This document shows positions 19,864-30,454 of a stretch of DNA of 64,000 nt, one piece after another. The stretch spans positions 89,664 through 153,663 of the forward strand of contig CAZXXS010000097.1 in assembly GCA_964644845.1 (NCBI GenBank), in the 5' to 3' direction. Source of the DNA: an uncultured Cytophagia bacterium (GTDB lineage: Bacteria > Zhuqueibacterota > Zhuqueibacteria > Oleimicrobiales > Geothermoviventaceae). A program made the position numbers and the translations under genes. The notes under the pieces were generated by a model. It worked only from the letters and a program-made list of their open reading frames with translations, was not told where the DNA came from and ran no database searches. Positions within the stretch are counted from its first letter, which is position 1. Each line of letters begins with the position of its first letter.

Positions 19864-20655
19864 TCACACCTCCACCCCTTCCAACCTCCGCCGTTTCTGG
19901 AACAGTTCCTCCAGCACGCTCACACGCCAGCTGCGGATGGCCAGGTCGGCGTACAGGTCGTCCAGGAGGGACCAGAGACCCTGGGGGGCGTTCAGAATGT
20001 CCTGCTCGGAAAGGGTGGTCACCACGTAGCACTTGCGGTCCATTTTGGTGGGAAAACGCTCGAGGAACTGGCGGGATGTCGGCACCGACGCCTCGCGGAG
20101 AATCCGGTTGGCTGTGCGGTTCGGGAAGTAAGCGTACACCGTGGCTCCGGTGCCAAGCTCGTACACGGCGTCGTCGAGGAGATCGACGTACGGACCGAGT
20201 ACGTGCTGGGGATCCAGCAGAACCCACCGGTAGCCCAGCTTGTGGAAGGTGGGGATGAGCTCGAAGGGGTTCTTCTCGGCGAAAGCGAAATGCCCCCGCA
20301 GGATGATGTCCTCGCCGAGGGTTTCCAAAATGGCCGTGCGTTCGCGGTCCAAGTGGGATTCGAGCTCGGAGGGCGCTAAGTCGTTTTGCTCGACCGTGGC
20401 GAAGTCGATCTGCTGCAGGACAGCCAGGTCGCGGAGTTCCAGCAAGATGTCGCGTGTAGCCTTCTGGTGGAGTCTCTGCAACAGCTCACTGGTGATGGCC
20501 ACTGTGGCCTGGCGCTTTCGATCCTCGTGCAGAAGTTGCAGCGTCGGTCGGTACACGGCGTCTGCCAGTTTGTCCAGAGCGTCACCCTTTCCGTCCCACA
20601 CGAACACATTCGACCAGAACATGCCTCCGCCTCCGAGCTGCCCTTGTGTTGACAA
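19864..20655 (-). CDS. Hypothetical protein (last gene of the Gfo/Idh/MocA-DUF1080-GH97 operon)
   Basis: 263-aa ORF with protein-like composition, co-directional and 92 nt downstream of GH97. No family confidently recognised. Confidence 0.45.
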   Translation of the reverse strand: MSTQGQLGGGGMFWSNVFVWDGKGDALDKLADAVYRPTLQLLHEDRKRQATVAITSELLQRLHQKATRDILLELRDLAVLQQIDFATVEQNDLAPSELESHLDRERTAILETLGEDIILRGHFAFAEKNPFELIPTFHKLGYRWVLLDPQHVLGPYVDLLDDAVYELGTGATVYAYFPNRTANRILREASVPTSRQFLERFPTKMDRKCYVVTTLSEQDILNAPQGLWSLLDDLYADLAIRSWRVSVLEELFQKRRRLEGVEV

Positions 20656-20746
20656 CGCGTTTCGACATTCCCTTCAAAGCTGCGCCAAGGTAAGGCTTTC
20701 CCCCGAAAATGTCAACGGCGACTTGACAGAGCGTGGGCCGCTTCGG

Positions 20747-22777
20747 TCACTCCTGGTCCCATGTCTTCAGAAAACGAACGGCGCAACCGCCGCCGGGCGC
20801 CAGGTGCACACGCAGCGTGTCCGAGGGTGTGACCTCGCGCAGACGCGCCTGCACGTGCGTGGGGACGCGATCGGCGTCGGGGGCATCCTCGTAAATCTGC
20901 GCCAAGAAGCGTCCCTCGCCCAGAAACGCCAGTGGGATGCTCAGGTCCCGGGCGGTCCAGTCGGTCATGGCGCCCAGGTACCAATCGTCGCTGGCCCGGC
21001 GGGCCACGACCACGTAGTCGCCGACTTCCCCTGCGATGAACTTGGTGTCGTCCCAAACGGTGGGCACGACCTTCAGGAACTCGAATCCGGTCTGTCCCCA
21101 GTACGAAGCTGGATGATCCACAAGCATCTGCAAGGGGCTGTAGTACACCACGTACATGGCGAGCTGGTGGGCGCGGGTGCCCTGGGCCATGGGCGGGTTA
21201 GCCCGCGGCCGGAAGGTGGTCTGATTCCCGACGTTGAAAGCGCCTGGCGTGAAGTCCATCGGACCGGCGACCATCCGCAGGTAAGGGATCATCAGCTCGT
21301 GCTCGGGCGAACACTTCCGGCTCCACTTGCTGTACTCCAGGCCCAGCACCCCCTCTCGGGTGAGGAGGTTGGGATACAGGCGACTCAGTCCCGTGGGTTT
21401 GTAGGCGCCGTGAAAATCCACCACGAGGTGGTGCTGAGCGGCCTTTTCAACCACGCGGCGGTAGAAGTTGACCATCTCTTGGTCGTCGCGGTTCATGTAG
21501 TCCACTTTGACGCCTTTCACGCCCCACTTTTCGTACAGCGGAAAGGCTTCGTCCATCTGGCGATCCACACACTGCCAATTTACCCAGAGCAACACGCCCA
21601 CGCCTCGCATTTGAGCGTAGTCCAGAATCTCCGGCATGTCGATCTCGGGGATGGTCGTTGTGATGTCGGCGTTGGGATCGCGGTGATCCCCGTACCAGCC
21701 AGCGTCGATGAGCAAGTACTCCAGACCGGCGTCGGCGGCGAAATCGATGTAGTACTTCATCGTTTGCGTGTTCATGCCGCCCCGGAAAGAGCGACCTTCC
21801 ACGGTACGCCCGGACCACCAGGGCCAGGCCACCTTGCCGGGCCGGATCCAGCAGGGACGCTCGATCTGGCTTCGATCATTCAGAGCAAAGATCAGGTTGC
21901 TCTCGATGAAATGTCCCGGGCCGTCGGCGATCAGGAACACTCGCCAGGGGAGATCATGTGGGGTAGTCAGTTTCGCACACACGGCCTTGTCATCGGGCAG
22001 GGTTGGCTCCACGCCCACAAAACTCCCTGGCGCACCTTTCGCCGGCTTCAGGTACAGACCGGCGTAGTCCACCAGAGCCGCCTCTGTGATTTCCACCCAG
22101 GGCCCTGCGTCGAGATGCACCAACATGGGCAGTCCAATCAGCATGTCCTGAGGGATGTCCGAGGTTTTGAGAACCTGGTAGTTGTTTTCGTAGCCCGTGT
22201 GGGGCAGCTTGAGCGGAAGCACGTACGCCGTGCCCGGGGAGAGACACACCGCGGTTCGTTCCTGGGTAATCGCCAGGTTGGCGAGCTGGGGCTGACGCGG
22301 CAAAGTGAGTCTCCAGGCAGCCCCGTCGTTGTACGCCCGGACAGTCAGGTAAAAGAAACGATGCGGCGCTTTCGTCTCCCGGACCAGGAGCAACAATTCG
22401 TTGCAGTGGTTGCGCAGAAAACGGGTTTTGCCGTAGAGGAGTTCAGAGGTCTCGTCGATGCTCCGCTTGCTCACATCTTCGATCTTGACGCCAAGGCCCA
22501 ACGCCGGTGCCCCTTTCAATTCCAGACGAATGGGCGAGGGTTCGACTACGGTTTTCCCTTCGGCCTCGATCTGGTACGAAAGGTACGAACCCGGGGCAAC
22601 CGGCGCCTTGAACGTGCGTACGTCCACCGTCACTACAATGCGGCCGTCCGGCGAGGCTACCCGGACCGGGCTCGCCAACGCGATGGAGACCATCCCCAGG
22701 ACCAAGAAGAGCGCGACGAACCGTTTCACGCCGAACCTCCTTTTCGGTTTAGGAAGCAGTCGTTCCTGTCCCCTCAC
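20747..22777 (-). CDS. Glycoside hydrolase family 97 (alpha-glucosidase/alpha-galactosidase, SusB-like)
   Basis: Signal peptide. GH97 signatures (YYIDFAADAGLEYLLIDAGWYG, GVKGVKVDYMNRDDQEMVNFYRR, VVDFHGAYKPTGLSRLYPNLLTREGVLGLEY). Confidence 0.8.
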   Translation of the reverse strand: MRGQERLLPKPKRRFGVKRFVALFLVLGMVSIALASPVRVASPDGRIVVTVDVRTFKAPVAPGSYLSYQIEAEGKTVVEPSPIRLELKGAPALGLGVKIEDVSKRSIDETSELLYGKTRFLRNHCNELLLLVRETKAPHRFFYLTVRAYNDGAAWRLTLPRQPQLANLAITQERTAVCLSPGTAYVLPLKLPHTGYENNYQVLKTSDIPQDMLIGLPMLVHLDAGPWVEITEAALVDYAGLYLKPAKGAPGSFVGVEPTLPDDKAVCAKLTTPHDLPWRVFLIADGPGHFIESNLIFALNDRSQIERPCWIRPGKVAWPWWSGRTVEGRSFRGGMNTQTMKYYIDFAADAGLEYLLIDAGWYGDHRDPNADITTTIPEIDMPEILDYAQMRGVGVLLWVNWQCVDRQMDEAFPLYEKWGVKGVKVDYMNRDDQEMVNFYRRVVEKAAQHHLVVDFHGAYKPTGLSRLYPNLLTREGVLGLEYSKWSRKCSPEHELMIPYLRMVAGPMDFTPGAFNVGNQTTFRPRANPPMAQGTRAHQLAMYVVYYSPLQMLVDHPASYWGQTGFEFLKVVPTVWDDTKFIAGEVGDYVVVARRASDDWYLGAMTDWTARDLSIPLAFLGEGRFLAQIYEDAPDADRVPTHVQARLREVTPSDTLRVHLAPGGGCAVRFLKTWDQE

Positions 22778-22984
22778 AGCGCCAGGGTTTCCCGTTGCTC
22801 AAACAGATGTTCGGACCGCCGATCTGCTACCCACTTTCCGCTTGTTTTTACTGCGTCTGTCCTGTACGCGACGCCGACCACTCCCGGCCTCGCCCGTGCC
22901 ACGGGCGGACAACGTCTCTCGACGGACTTCAGTTACCGCAGGGGACAGCTTGCGCCGCCACGGCAGCCGACCAACTTCCCGTGT

Positions 22985-23656
22985 TTACTTCAGCTCGGTG
23001 ACCTTGATGTTCTTGACCCAGAGGCGCGTGTGCCAATCGTGATTTTGGATCCCGATGTAGCCCTCCAGGGCGAAATCTTTGATTTTGCCAATGGGTGCGG
23101 TCATTTCCCAGTCGTTGACCAGCTTGCCGTTGAGCTCCACCTTGATGCGTTTTCCGACGCAGGTGATTTTGTAGTGATTCCACTTGCCGGGTCCCTTTGA
23201 AGCCATTTCCGTGGGGGCGTGGGCATCGTAGATTGCTCCCGTCTGGTGAATGCCGCCACTTCCGGTGCCGGGGTCGTAGATCTGCACTTCAAAGCTGTGG
23301 TGGATGTAGTCGTCGCTGGTGGGTACGTCGGGCACGCGCACAAAAATCCCGGAGTTGGTGTTCTTCGCCTCGGTCATGTAGTCCAGCTCCAGGATGAAGT
23401 CTTTGAATTTCTTTTTCGAGTACCACAAAAGACCCATGCCACCGTGCGCTTCGAGCGTCCCCTCCCACGGATGGAGGATCCAGTAGCCGGGTCCGTAGTG
23501 GTTCCAGCCCGCTTTGGTGAAGCGGCCATCCGGTCGCTGGGAGAGAAGCTGAATCGTTTTGCCCGGCGTTTGGGCCAACGTTGGCGACGCGACGCTCCAG
23601 GCGAAGGCTGCGATCACCGCAACGACGAGCAGCGCGTAGAAGCCTCTGCGCTTCAT
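22985..23656 (-). CDS. DUF1080 (3-keto-disaccharide hydrolase/lyase-like, LamG fold) secreted protein
   Basis: Signal peptide. DUF1080 pattern (GWNHYGPGYW, FILELDYM, NSGIFVRV, GYIGIQNHDWHTRLWVKNIKV). Confidence 0.7.
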   Translation of the reverse strand: MKRRGFYALLVVAVIAAFAWSVASPTLAQTPGKTIQLLSQRPDGRFTKAGWNHYGPGYWILHPWEGTLEAHGGMGLLWYSKKKFKDFILELDYMTEAKNTNSGIFVRVPDVPTSDDYIHHSFEVQIYDPGTGSGGIHQTGAIYDAHAPTEMASKGPGKWNHYKITCVGKRIKVELNGKLVNDWEMTAPIGKIKDFALEGYIGIQNHDWHTRLWVKNIKVTELK

Positions 23657-23874
23657 GTCTTGTCCCTCCTGCTTGATCGTGTGCTTGCCATTGACTTCCC
23701 AATTCCGATCTGACGAACGTCAACCCTGTTTCCCCCTCGTGCCTGTAAAGCATTTCGCCGTGACGTTCCTAAGCTCGTCAGGACGGAATCCGCCGTGTGC
23801 ACCTGTTTCCGAAATCTTGCAAAACTGCCCTGTGGACCGCTTCCCCAAGGCCGCCTTATTCCCTACGCGAAGTG

Positions 23875-25281
23875 CTACGCCCTGAGAATCCCCAGCGGTG
23901 GGCGGTTTTTCCAGGCGCCGCGAGTGAAATCAGGAATGTCCACCGGGCGGCTCCGGTTGGCGACGGAAATCTCCGTCAGTTCGGAAATGGCACTCCACGC
24001 CGCGGCGTCGTACACGTCCATGTCGAGTGGTACCCCTTCGCGGAGACATTTGATCAAGCGGTAGTCTTCGATGTAGTCCATCCCGCCGTGACCGGCACCC
24101 TTGGACATCTCCTCCAGATCCTTCCACAAAGGATGTTCGTACTCTGCCCGGTAGCTCTCCAGGGTCTCCCAGCGGTGTGTCGGGCTGCGCCCCTCGATGT
24201 ACACGAACCCCATCACGCCGGAAGTGCGGCGCGGGTCCGGCCACTTACGAGCGATGCCTTTAGTGCCCTGGACCAGATGGATCCGGCTGTACGGACGCGG
24301 TAAGTTGGTGTCGTGGTAAAGCGTGATGGTGCGACCTTTCTTCGTGCGAATCAGGGTTACGTTGACGTCACCGAGTGCGTACTTGGTTTTGGCCCACTTG
24401 GAGTCAGGCCCGAACACCTCGGCGGCGTACAGGCTGAGCCCCATGGCCTTTGTGCTCATCGAGACGAGGTAGTCGAACTGGTCGCCGCGGTTGATGTCCA
24501 TTACCTGGGCGATGGGCCCCAGTCCGTGGGTGGGGTACAGATTGCCATTGCGTTTGATCGAGTGGGCAAGCCTCCAGATGGCCTCGCCACGTGCGGCGAA
24601 ATTGAACTTAACGTGGCGGAGATCGTGCAGGTAGCCCGCGGCACCGTGCAGAATCTCACCCAGCAGCCCTTGACGCACCATGTTGAAAATCATCATTTCT
24701 TCGCGGTCGTAGGTGCAATTCTCCATCATGATGCAGTAACGCTGGGTACGTTCAGAGGTCTCGACCAGTTGCCAGGCTTCGTCCAGAGTAACCGCGGCGG
24801 GTACCTCCGTGGCAGCATGTTTGCCCGCTTCCATCGCCGCCACGCAGACCGGAACGTGCCACTCCCACGGCGTGGCTGTGTAGACCAGATCCAGGTCGTC
24901 GCGTTCGCACAGACGCCTGAAGTCGTACGGGCCTCGTGTGTAGCCCTCGGGTTTGGGAAAGCCTGCGTCCGTCACGATTTTCTGAGCCCGCTCGACGCGT
25001 TCGGGGACGATGTCGCACACAGCGCGAATTTCGCACCCCGGGATGCGCACGAGGTTGCGTACGTGCGCTGTCCCCATCCCTCCGACGCCCACGTAGCCGA
25101 TGCGGACTTTTTCGATCGGGGGTGCGACAAATTCCCTGGCTGGCCCATCCAGTGAGCTGGGCCGACGTCCTGCAGCGAAAGCCTGGGTGGAAGCCAGGGC
25201 CGCGCCAACACTCGCTGCTGCCCCGAGCTTCAAGAAATCACGCCGGTCCAGTTCGCGCTGTTCACGCCGGTCTCGGTTCAT
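23875..25281 (-). CDS. Gfo/Idh/MocA family oxidoreductase with twin-arginine signal (glycoside 3-dehydrogenase-like)
   Basis: Tat motif RRDFLKLGAAASVGA. Rossmann N terminus VRIGYVGVGGMGTAHVRN. Gfo/Idh/MocA C-terminal domain. Confidence 0.8.
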   Translation of the reverse strand: MNRDRREQRELDRRDFLKLGAAASVGAALASTQAFAAGRRPSSLDGPAREFVAPPIEKVRIGYVGVGGMGTAHVRNLVRIPGCEIRAVCDIVPERVERAQKIVTDAGFPKPEGYTRGPYDFRRLCERDDLDLVYTATPWEWHVPVCVAAMEAGKHAATEVPAAVTLDEAWQLVETSERTQRYCIMMENCTYDREEMMIFNMVRQGLLGEILHGAAGYLHDLRHVKFNFAARGEAIWRLAHSIKRNGNLYPTHGLGPIAQVMDINRGDQFDYLVSMSTKAMGLSLYAAEVFGPDSKWAKTKYALGDVNVTLIRTKKGRTITLYHDTNLPRPYSRIHLVQGTKGIARKWPDPRRTSGVMGFVYIEGRSPTHRWETLESYRAEYEHPLWKDLEEMSKGAGHGGMDYIEDYRLIKCLREGVPLDMDVYDAAAWSAISELTEISVANRSRPVDIPDFTRGAWKNRPPLGILRA

Positions 25282-26150
25282 GACTGTACCTCACTCTCTA
25301 AGTTGACGATTGGCCCGCGGGTCTTCCGAAACCCTGTATCTGCAGGCATCCCTTGCTGGCTTGTTACACACCCGTAAATTAGGAGATTCATCCGGAAATG
25401 TCAATGAAGACTTGCACTTCAGTGGATTTCTCACTCCGCCGTGGGAACGCACGGACGCCTGAGCGCGGCTTGGCTCTTGCTGGTAAAATGGCTTCCAGGC
25501 CGGGGCGGGAAACCTAAAGGCTGCTCTGCATTTTCCACTGGCGATTTCCAAGCCCCGGCCAATTCACGTGAGAATCGGTTGAAACTGGCCGTGTTTCGAA
25601 CCCGCCTAAGAGAGTCTACGCCTGAAAGAGCCCGGGAATTCAACTCACCGGCGATCTGGAGACGGTCCGAACCCGCCCACCGTTTCCCCTTGCTCGCAGA
25701 AGATTCGCTTACCGTACAGGCGAGCTCAGACTCTTGGGCACGGCCTACCCCCGACAGCTGCCCTTACCTTTCGTGCCCACCTGGATATTTTCGGAGGAAC
25801 TCCTAAGATTCGCACGCTCGGGGAGATCTCGTTCTCCCCGCGCGAGCTCACGTGCACTTCGAAGCCGTCTCGTTGTTTTCAGTCGAACCGTTTCCGGGCC
25901 ACGGCCGGGGCCAAGGAATCGTTTTACGCTTCCACGCGGGATTTCATCGCGCCCCTTTGGGCCTGTATTTCTTCCCCTGCTGGTAGGAAACTGGCACCCT
26001 GTGCGAGTGGGACCTTTGGAGACCCCTCAACCCTGCTTGCAAGAGGGACGCGTCGCACTCATCCTGGTGCTGCCGGGGAGTTCCGCCGGTTGATTGACTG
26101 GCGTCAGGTGAAACGAACGGTTGCGGTCTTTGCTGGAGGAGCCCTGCGGG

Positions 26151-27845
26151 TTATCTGACCACGCAGAACTTCCCCGTAGCTGAAACGGAACCCGCCCGTA
26201 AGCGCAGCACGTACACCCCCGCTGGTAGAGTTGCGACGTGCAGGGGAAATTCGTGGAAGCCCCTCCGGAGCCGACGCACCTTTGGACCGTAGACCGGGCG
26301 TCCAAGGAGATCGTAGATGGTGACCTGCACCGTGGCTGCTGACGTCAGGCTAAAGCGGAGGCTGATTCGATCGCGGGCTGGATTGGGCTGAACAGCAAGC
26401 AACGCAAAACGGGTCGGCCAGTGCTTGGGTGTTTGCTCGTGAGAGACGGCGGACGTCGGCAACGCACCTGGTCCACCGTAAGCGCCCAGGTCGTTACGCG
26501 TGCCGTCGGCATCGTTCCAAGCTGGAGCGGGATCTCCGGCGTCGATGGCGGGGCTGCCCGGCAGCAGGTGGTAGTTACCTTCGGTGCCCCAGGCGGTGCG
26601 CACGAAGCGAGGATCAGCGCAGAGGTTGCCGTAGCCCAGCGTGTCAAGATTCGCACAGCCAATCGACCGATCTCCATGGGTGACTAACGAGACGGAGCGC
26701 GGAAAATGGAAAAGGCAGTAATCCATCCGCAGATGGGTTGCCCCGTGCACGTAAATTGGGGAGTCCGGCCCACGGGCGCTGAAAATGCAGTTCCGGAATC
26801 GGATGTCCAGTGGGATGGGATTTTCGTACTGTACGTAGGCCAGGTAGCCGTGACCGAGGGAATCATCGATCGTGACATTGGTGATTTCAAAATGCGCGCC
26901 GGCTTGCTCCACCTGGTCAATCACCAACGCTGCCCACGGCGTGGGCTGAGGATCCCCATCGCCACGGCCGTAGATGAGGGTGTTCAGCACGACACTGCTG
27001 TCGGCCCACAACTTCACGCCGTCGCAACGATTGTTCGCGACAACGCAACGCCGAATGGTCGTTCGCGCAGTTTTGGAATCCAGGCCGTCCCCGCAGTTGT
27101 GTTCCGCTACCGTGTCCTCGATCAAGAGTGGCCCGTCGGAGCGTTCGGTGCCCAGCCCGTCGGGGCGGTCGTAAGGGCGGTCCTGGCCGTTCCCGCCGCG
27201 GTAGTAGTGACCGCTCCACGACAGCGTACAGGCGCGCACGGTTACGTTCCGCCAGCCGCCGTGCTCACCTGCGGGGCCGCCGAGGGCGCCGAATCCACAG
27301 TGGCTGATCCGGCAACCGGAGATCTCCACCGCCTCGACATCCTGCAAATTCATCCCGAATTCGTCCAGATGATGCACAACCAGCCCGCGCAAAATGAGAT
27401 GGCTGGAAGGCTGGCCCAGTACCTCAAGTCCATCCCGAAACCAGGCGGATTCCCGGTCCGCGTTGGGATCGTGGGTGATTTCCAGATTCTCCAGCAGAAC
27501 GTGGTGCCGGCCGGAAAGGTCCACAGCGGTGAGCAAATTGTCTCGGCCCGCTAAAATGGGTCGTGCCCCAGCCGCTCCACGCACGGCGGTCCAAGCCTGC
27601 GGTGTCCCGGAGGGCGGCCGTAGAATGTCCCCGTCGAACTCTCGCAGCACGTAAACCCCCGGCAACAGGATCAGCGTGTCCCCCGGGCTCAACTGGCGTG
27701 TGGCCCAGCCAGGGTGCTCCCAGGGACGGTCGCGACTGCCTTCGTTCGTGTCGTTACCGGTCGGTGACACGTAGTGTGTGGCTGCTTGCCCAGGCTGCCA
27801 CAGCAGGAACAACGTGGTCGCCAGCAACAAACATTTCGGTTGCAC
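26151..27845 (-). CDS. Right-handed parallel beta-helix (pectate-lyase-like) secreted protein with T9SS C-terminal sorting domain
   Basis: Start set at GTG 27845 (SD agggga; signal peptide xQPKCLLLATTLFLLWQPGQAA). The ORF-track upstream extension is not signal-like. Beta-helix repeats (NCGDGLDSKTARTTIRRCVVANNRCDGVKLWADSS). C-terminal CTD (VQPNPARDRISLRF...TIYDLLGRPV...GVYVLRL). Confidence 0.65.
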   Translation of the reverse strand: MQPKCLLLATTLFLLWQPGQAATHYVSPTGNDTNEGSRDRPWEHPGWATRQLSPGDTLILLPGVYVLREFDGDILRPPSGTPQAWTAVRGAAGARPILAGRDNLLTAVDLSGRHHVLLENLEITHDPNADRESAWFRDGLEVLGQPSSHLILRGLVVHHLDEFGMNLQDVEAVEISGCRISHCGFGALGGPAGEHGGWRNVTVRACTLSWSGHYYRGGNGQDRPYDRPDGLGTERSDGPLLIEDTVAEHNCGDGLDSKTARTTIRRCVVANNRCDGVKLWADSSVVLNTLIYGRGDGDPQPTPWAALVIDQVEQAGAHFEITNVTIDDSLGHGYLAYVQYENPIPLDIRFRNCIFSARGPDSPIYVHGATHLRMDYCLFHFPRSVSLVTHGDRSIGCANLDTLGYGNLCADPRFVRTAWGTEGNYHLLPGSPAIDAGDPAPAWNDADGTRNDLGAYGGPGALPTSAVSHEQTPKHWPTRFALLAVQPNPARDRISLRFSLTSAATVQVTIYDLLGRPVYGPKVRRLRRGFHEFPLHVATLPAGVYVLRLRAGSVSATGKFCVVR

Positions 27846-28492
27846 GGGATTTCCCCTGAGTTGTGGACGAAACTGACACCCTCTGAATGTAGACACTGAA
27901 CGGGACTTTTGCAAATTCGGTTCACTCGGCGCCTTGCAATTGCACGCCGGTGACTTCGCTTTGTCGGGACTGTAAGGTCTCAGATCAAGGGGCGTAGCAA
28001 TTCCTTTGCAGTTGCAGAGGCGCAAGGAAGTGCGCAGGGGCGAAGGTTCCCGGTTGCAGTGGGCGAGCGGCGGTTTGAGGCGGTGTTTGCCGAACGGGTT
28101 CAGTGGGGCCAGAGCTTACCGACACTTCGAGCAGGAAGAATCGCCGGGCCAGCGGTTGTCACTCAAAGGACCAGCCTTGGCGTTGTCCCCACTCGCTCGG
28201 GGTTTGATTAAGAGAATGTAACAATCCGAGGCCGGGTACAGATGTTGTTGTTACACCCTCAGCCGTGGCTGTCAGGCATTTGATGTTTCTGGATTTGCGG
28301 GTGTTTGGGGCCGAACACTCCTCGTCGTGGCTGGGCGGGCGGTGTGCTTGACTCATGGCGCGTACGCGAGCGACCGCCAGGCGGTGCCGAACCTGCTCCG
28401 AAGCGTCCACCCGAGTGTACCATTTGGTTCACTGCCTGCTGTTTACTTTGCAGGCAGCTCGAACGGTAGAGAACAGTCAGGGAGGTGAAGAA

Positions 28493-30427
28493 ATGCGTGA
28501 ACCACGGTTGGTGCGTAGAGGGTGGCGGTCGCTTTTGGGAGTTGATTCCGGCTGGCGGTTGCGTGAGTTCCTTGCAGTAGCAGGGCTGCTTTGCCTGAGT
28601 CTCTTGCCAGGCTTGCTTCAGGGCAGGACCTACTACGTCGATTCAAGCGATCCGGCTGCCCGTAACGAGAATCCTGGCACTGAAACCTTGCCGTGGGCGA
28701 CCATTCACAGAGCCAACCAAAAGGTGATGGCCGGAGACACCGTGGTGGTGAAGGCCGGGATCTACCACGACTGGATCTGTCCCGAACACAACGGAACTGC
28801 TTCAGAGTGGATTGTCTACAGGTCCGAACCTCCACACGAAGCCATCCTGGATGGCTGGGTACCGCTGGACAGCGTGGCGGTGGACACGAGCCAGTGGCGG
28901 CATGTCCAGCCCGACACGGGCAACATCTGGTACCGGAAGCTCGTTTCCTCTGCTTTTACCGAGGCCTGGATGGACACCTTACGCCTCCCGTACCCTTACC
29001 CCTACACATGCGACCCTCTGCGTTTCGCCCCCGGCCGCAGTTACGTAGACTCCACCGGGACGCTTTTCGTGTGGCTACCGCGGGGAGAGAAACCCGTAGG
29101 ACACGACTGGCACGTGACGCTGAAGAACGGTGTGTGGCTGTTGACCAAGTCTGACCTTTCCGCCCAACGCTACGTGGAGGTCTCGGGCTTCGTGGCCCGA
29201 AACTTCGGCTTGAACGGGATTTCGGTAACTTCGAGCTACGTGCGCGTCCTCAACAACGTCGCTTTCAAAAACGGCCGGGCCGGGATCGCAGTGGCCTTCT
29301 GCAATCACGTTCTGGTTGAGGGCAACGAGGCTTTTGAGAACTGCACGGGCATCGGATTCTCGCAGGGGATCACCGCCTACCACGTTCTCGGGAAGGACAT
29401 CGTTTTTCGGGGTAACATTTCGCACGACAACTACGACGGAGCAGACAGCCTTCACTGCGGGACCGACGGCAGTGGGATTGTTGTCGACACCTGTCCCCCT
29501 GAAGCCGGTGCGCTTTTGGTGAACAACGTGGCCTACAACAACGCGGGCGCTGGCTTTGGTGTCTTCCAGTCGTCAAACGTGTCTCTGATCAACAACACAT
29601 CGTTCAACAATTTTCTCAAGGATCCGGGCTGGAACGACGAGTGCCACATCATCGGAACGGCTGAAATGCCTTCCAATCATGTTGTTCTCAGAAACAACAT
29701 CCTGGTCGGTGCCCAGCCTGAGGCACCTGTTCTCCACATCAGTTACTCGGCAGTGAACCCTCCTGAAGAGGTTCTGCTCGACCACAACCTCTACTGTGTG
29801 CGAAACGGTTCAGAGGACAGCGAGCTTTTCGAAGTAACCCTGCACGTCGCGGGGGAGGAAAAGCACTGGGCCCTTACCCTCGCCGATTTCCAGAGCTTCT
29901 CCCTCACCGTCGATTCGGTTCTTTTTGATCCGCACTGGGGTGTGGGTTCGCTGGTTGCCGATCCGTTGTTCAGCGATTGGCGTGGCGCCGACTTCTCCCT
30001 GAGGGATGGGAGTCCGGCCATCGATTCGGGTAACCCTGAGCTTGCGCCGACTACGGACATTGTGGGGACACCGCGACCCCAGGGCGCCGGTTTCGATCTC
30101 GGTGCGTACGAATTCGTGCCGGTCACTTCGGTTACCGGCAAAAGCGGCGAGTCCTCCGTGAGCGTTGCGGTGTACCCGAATCCTTTCAACGACTGCTTGA
30201 GGCTCGAGTACCGTCTGCTCCACCCGGTGCGGATTCGGGTGCGGATTTTCAACATTCTCGGCCAGGAAGAAACCAGGCTCGTCGATGCCAGGTTACCCGC
30301 GGGAACCTACCACGTTTTCTGGCACGCCACAGATGCGGCTGGCAAAGCGTTGCCTTCTGGGCTGTACGTGCTTCGGTTCGAAACAGGTGAGACGACCCTC
30401 ACCCGAAAAGTCTTGCTGCTCAGATGA
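28493..30427 (+). CDS. Right-handed parallel beta-helix secreted protein with T9SS C-terminal sorting domain
   Basis: Start moved to ATG 28493 (SD gggaggtgaag; signal peptide). DUF1565-like N terminus (YYVDSSDPAARNENPGTETLPWATIHRANQKVMAGDTVVV). Multiple beta-helix repeats. CTD VYPNPFNDCLRLEY...IFNILGQE...GLYVLRF. Confidence 0.65.
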   Translation: MREPRLVRRGWRSLLGVDSGWRLREFLAVAGLLCLSLLPGLLQGRTYYVDSSDPAARNENPGTETLPWATIHRANQKVMAGDTVVVKAGIYHDWICPEHNGTASEWIVYRSEPPHEAILDGWVPLDSVAVDTSQWRHVQPDTGNIWYRKLVSSAFTEAWMDTLRLPYPYPYTCDPLRFAPGRSYVDSTGTLFVWLPRGEKPVGHDWHVTLKNGVWLLTKSDLSAQRYVEVSGFVARNFGLNGISVTSSYVRVLNNVAFKNGRAGIAVAFCNHVLVEGNEAFENCTGIGFSQGITAYHVLGKDIVFRGNISHDNYDGADSLHCGTDGSGIVVDTCPPEAGALLVNNVAYNNAGAGFGVFQSSNVSLINNTSFNNFLKDPGWNDECHIIGTAEMPSNHVVLRNNILVGAQPEAPVLHISYSAVNPPEEVLLDHNLYCVRNGSEDSELFEVTLHVAGEEKHWALTLADFQSFSLTVDSVLFDPHWGVGSLVADPLFSDWRGADFSLRDGSPAIDSGNPELAPTTDIVGTPRPQGAGFDLGAYEFVPVTSVTGKSGESSVSVAVYPNPFNDCLRLEYRLLHPVRIRVRIFNILGQEETRLVDARLPAGTYHVFWHATDAAGKALPSGLYVLRFETGETTLTRKVLLLR

Positions 30428-30454
30428 CAGAGCCTGACGGAAGGAGGTCCACAA

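Noticed and set aside
19434-20258. Treating the full 19293-20258 frame as an intact 321-aa transposase
   Set aside because: Only the first 140 aa resemble IS200-family TnpA. The remainder is low-complexity and antisense to a protein-like minus-strand gene, so it is called a remnant instead.
20240-23200. 986-aa plus-strand ORF
   Set aside because: It runs antisense across the well-supported GH97 gene and beyond. It has R/G/P-rich low-complexity composition typical of antisense frames in high-GC DNA and no recognisable domains.
25590-25610. tRNA-like T-loop motif gtttcgaacccgcc
   Set aside because: The flanking sequence does not form a T stem or an acceptor stem on either strand, so no cloverleaf can be drawn.
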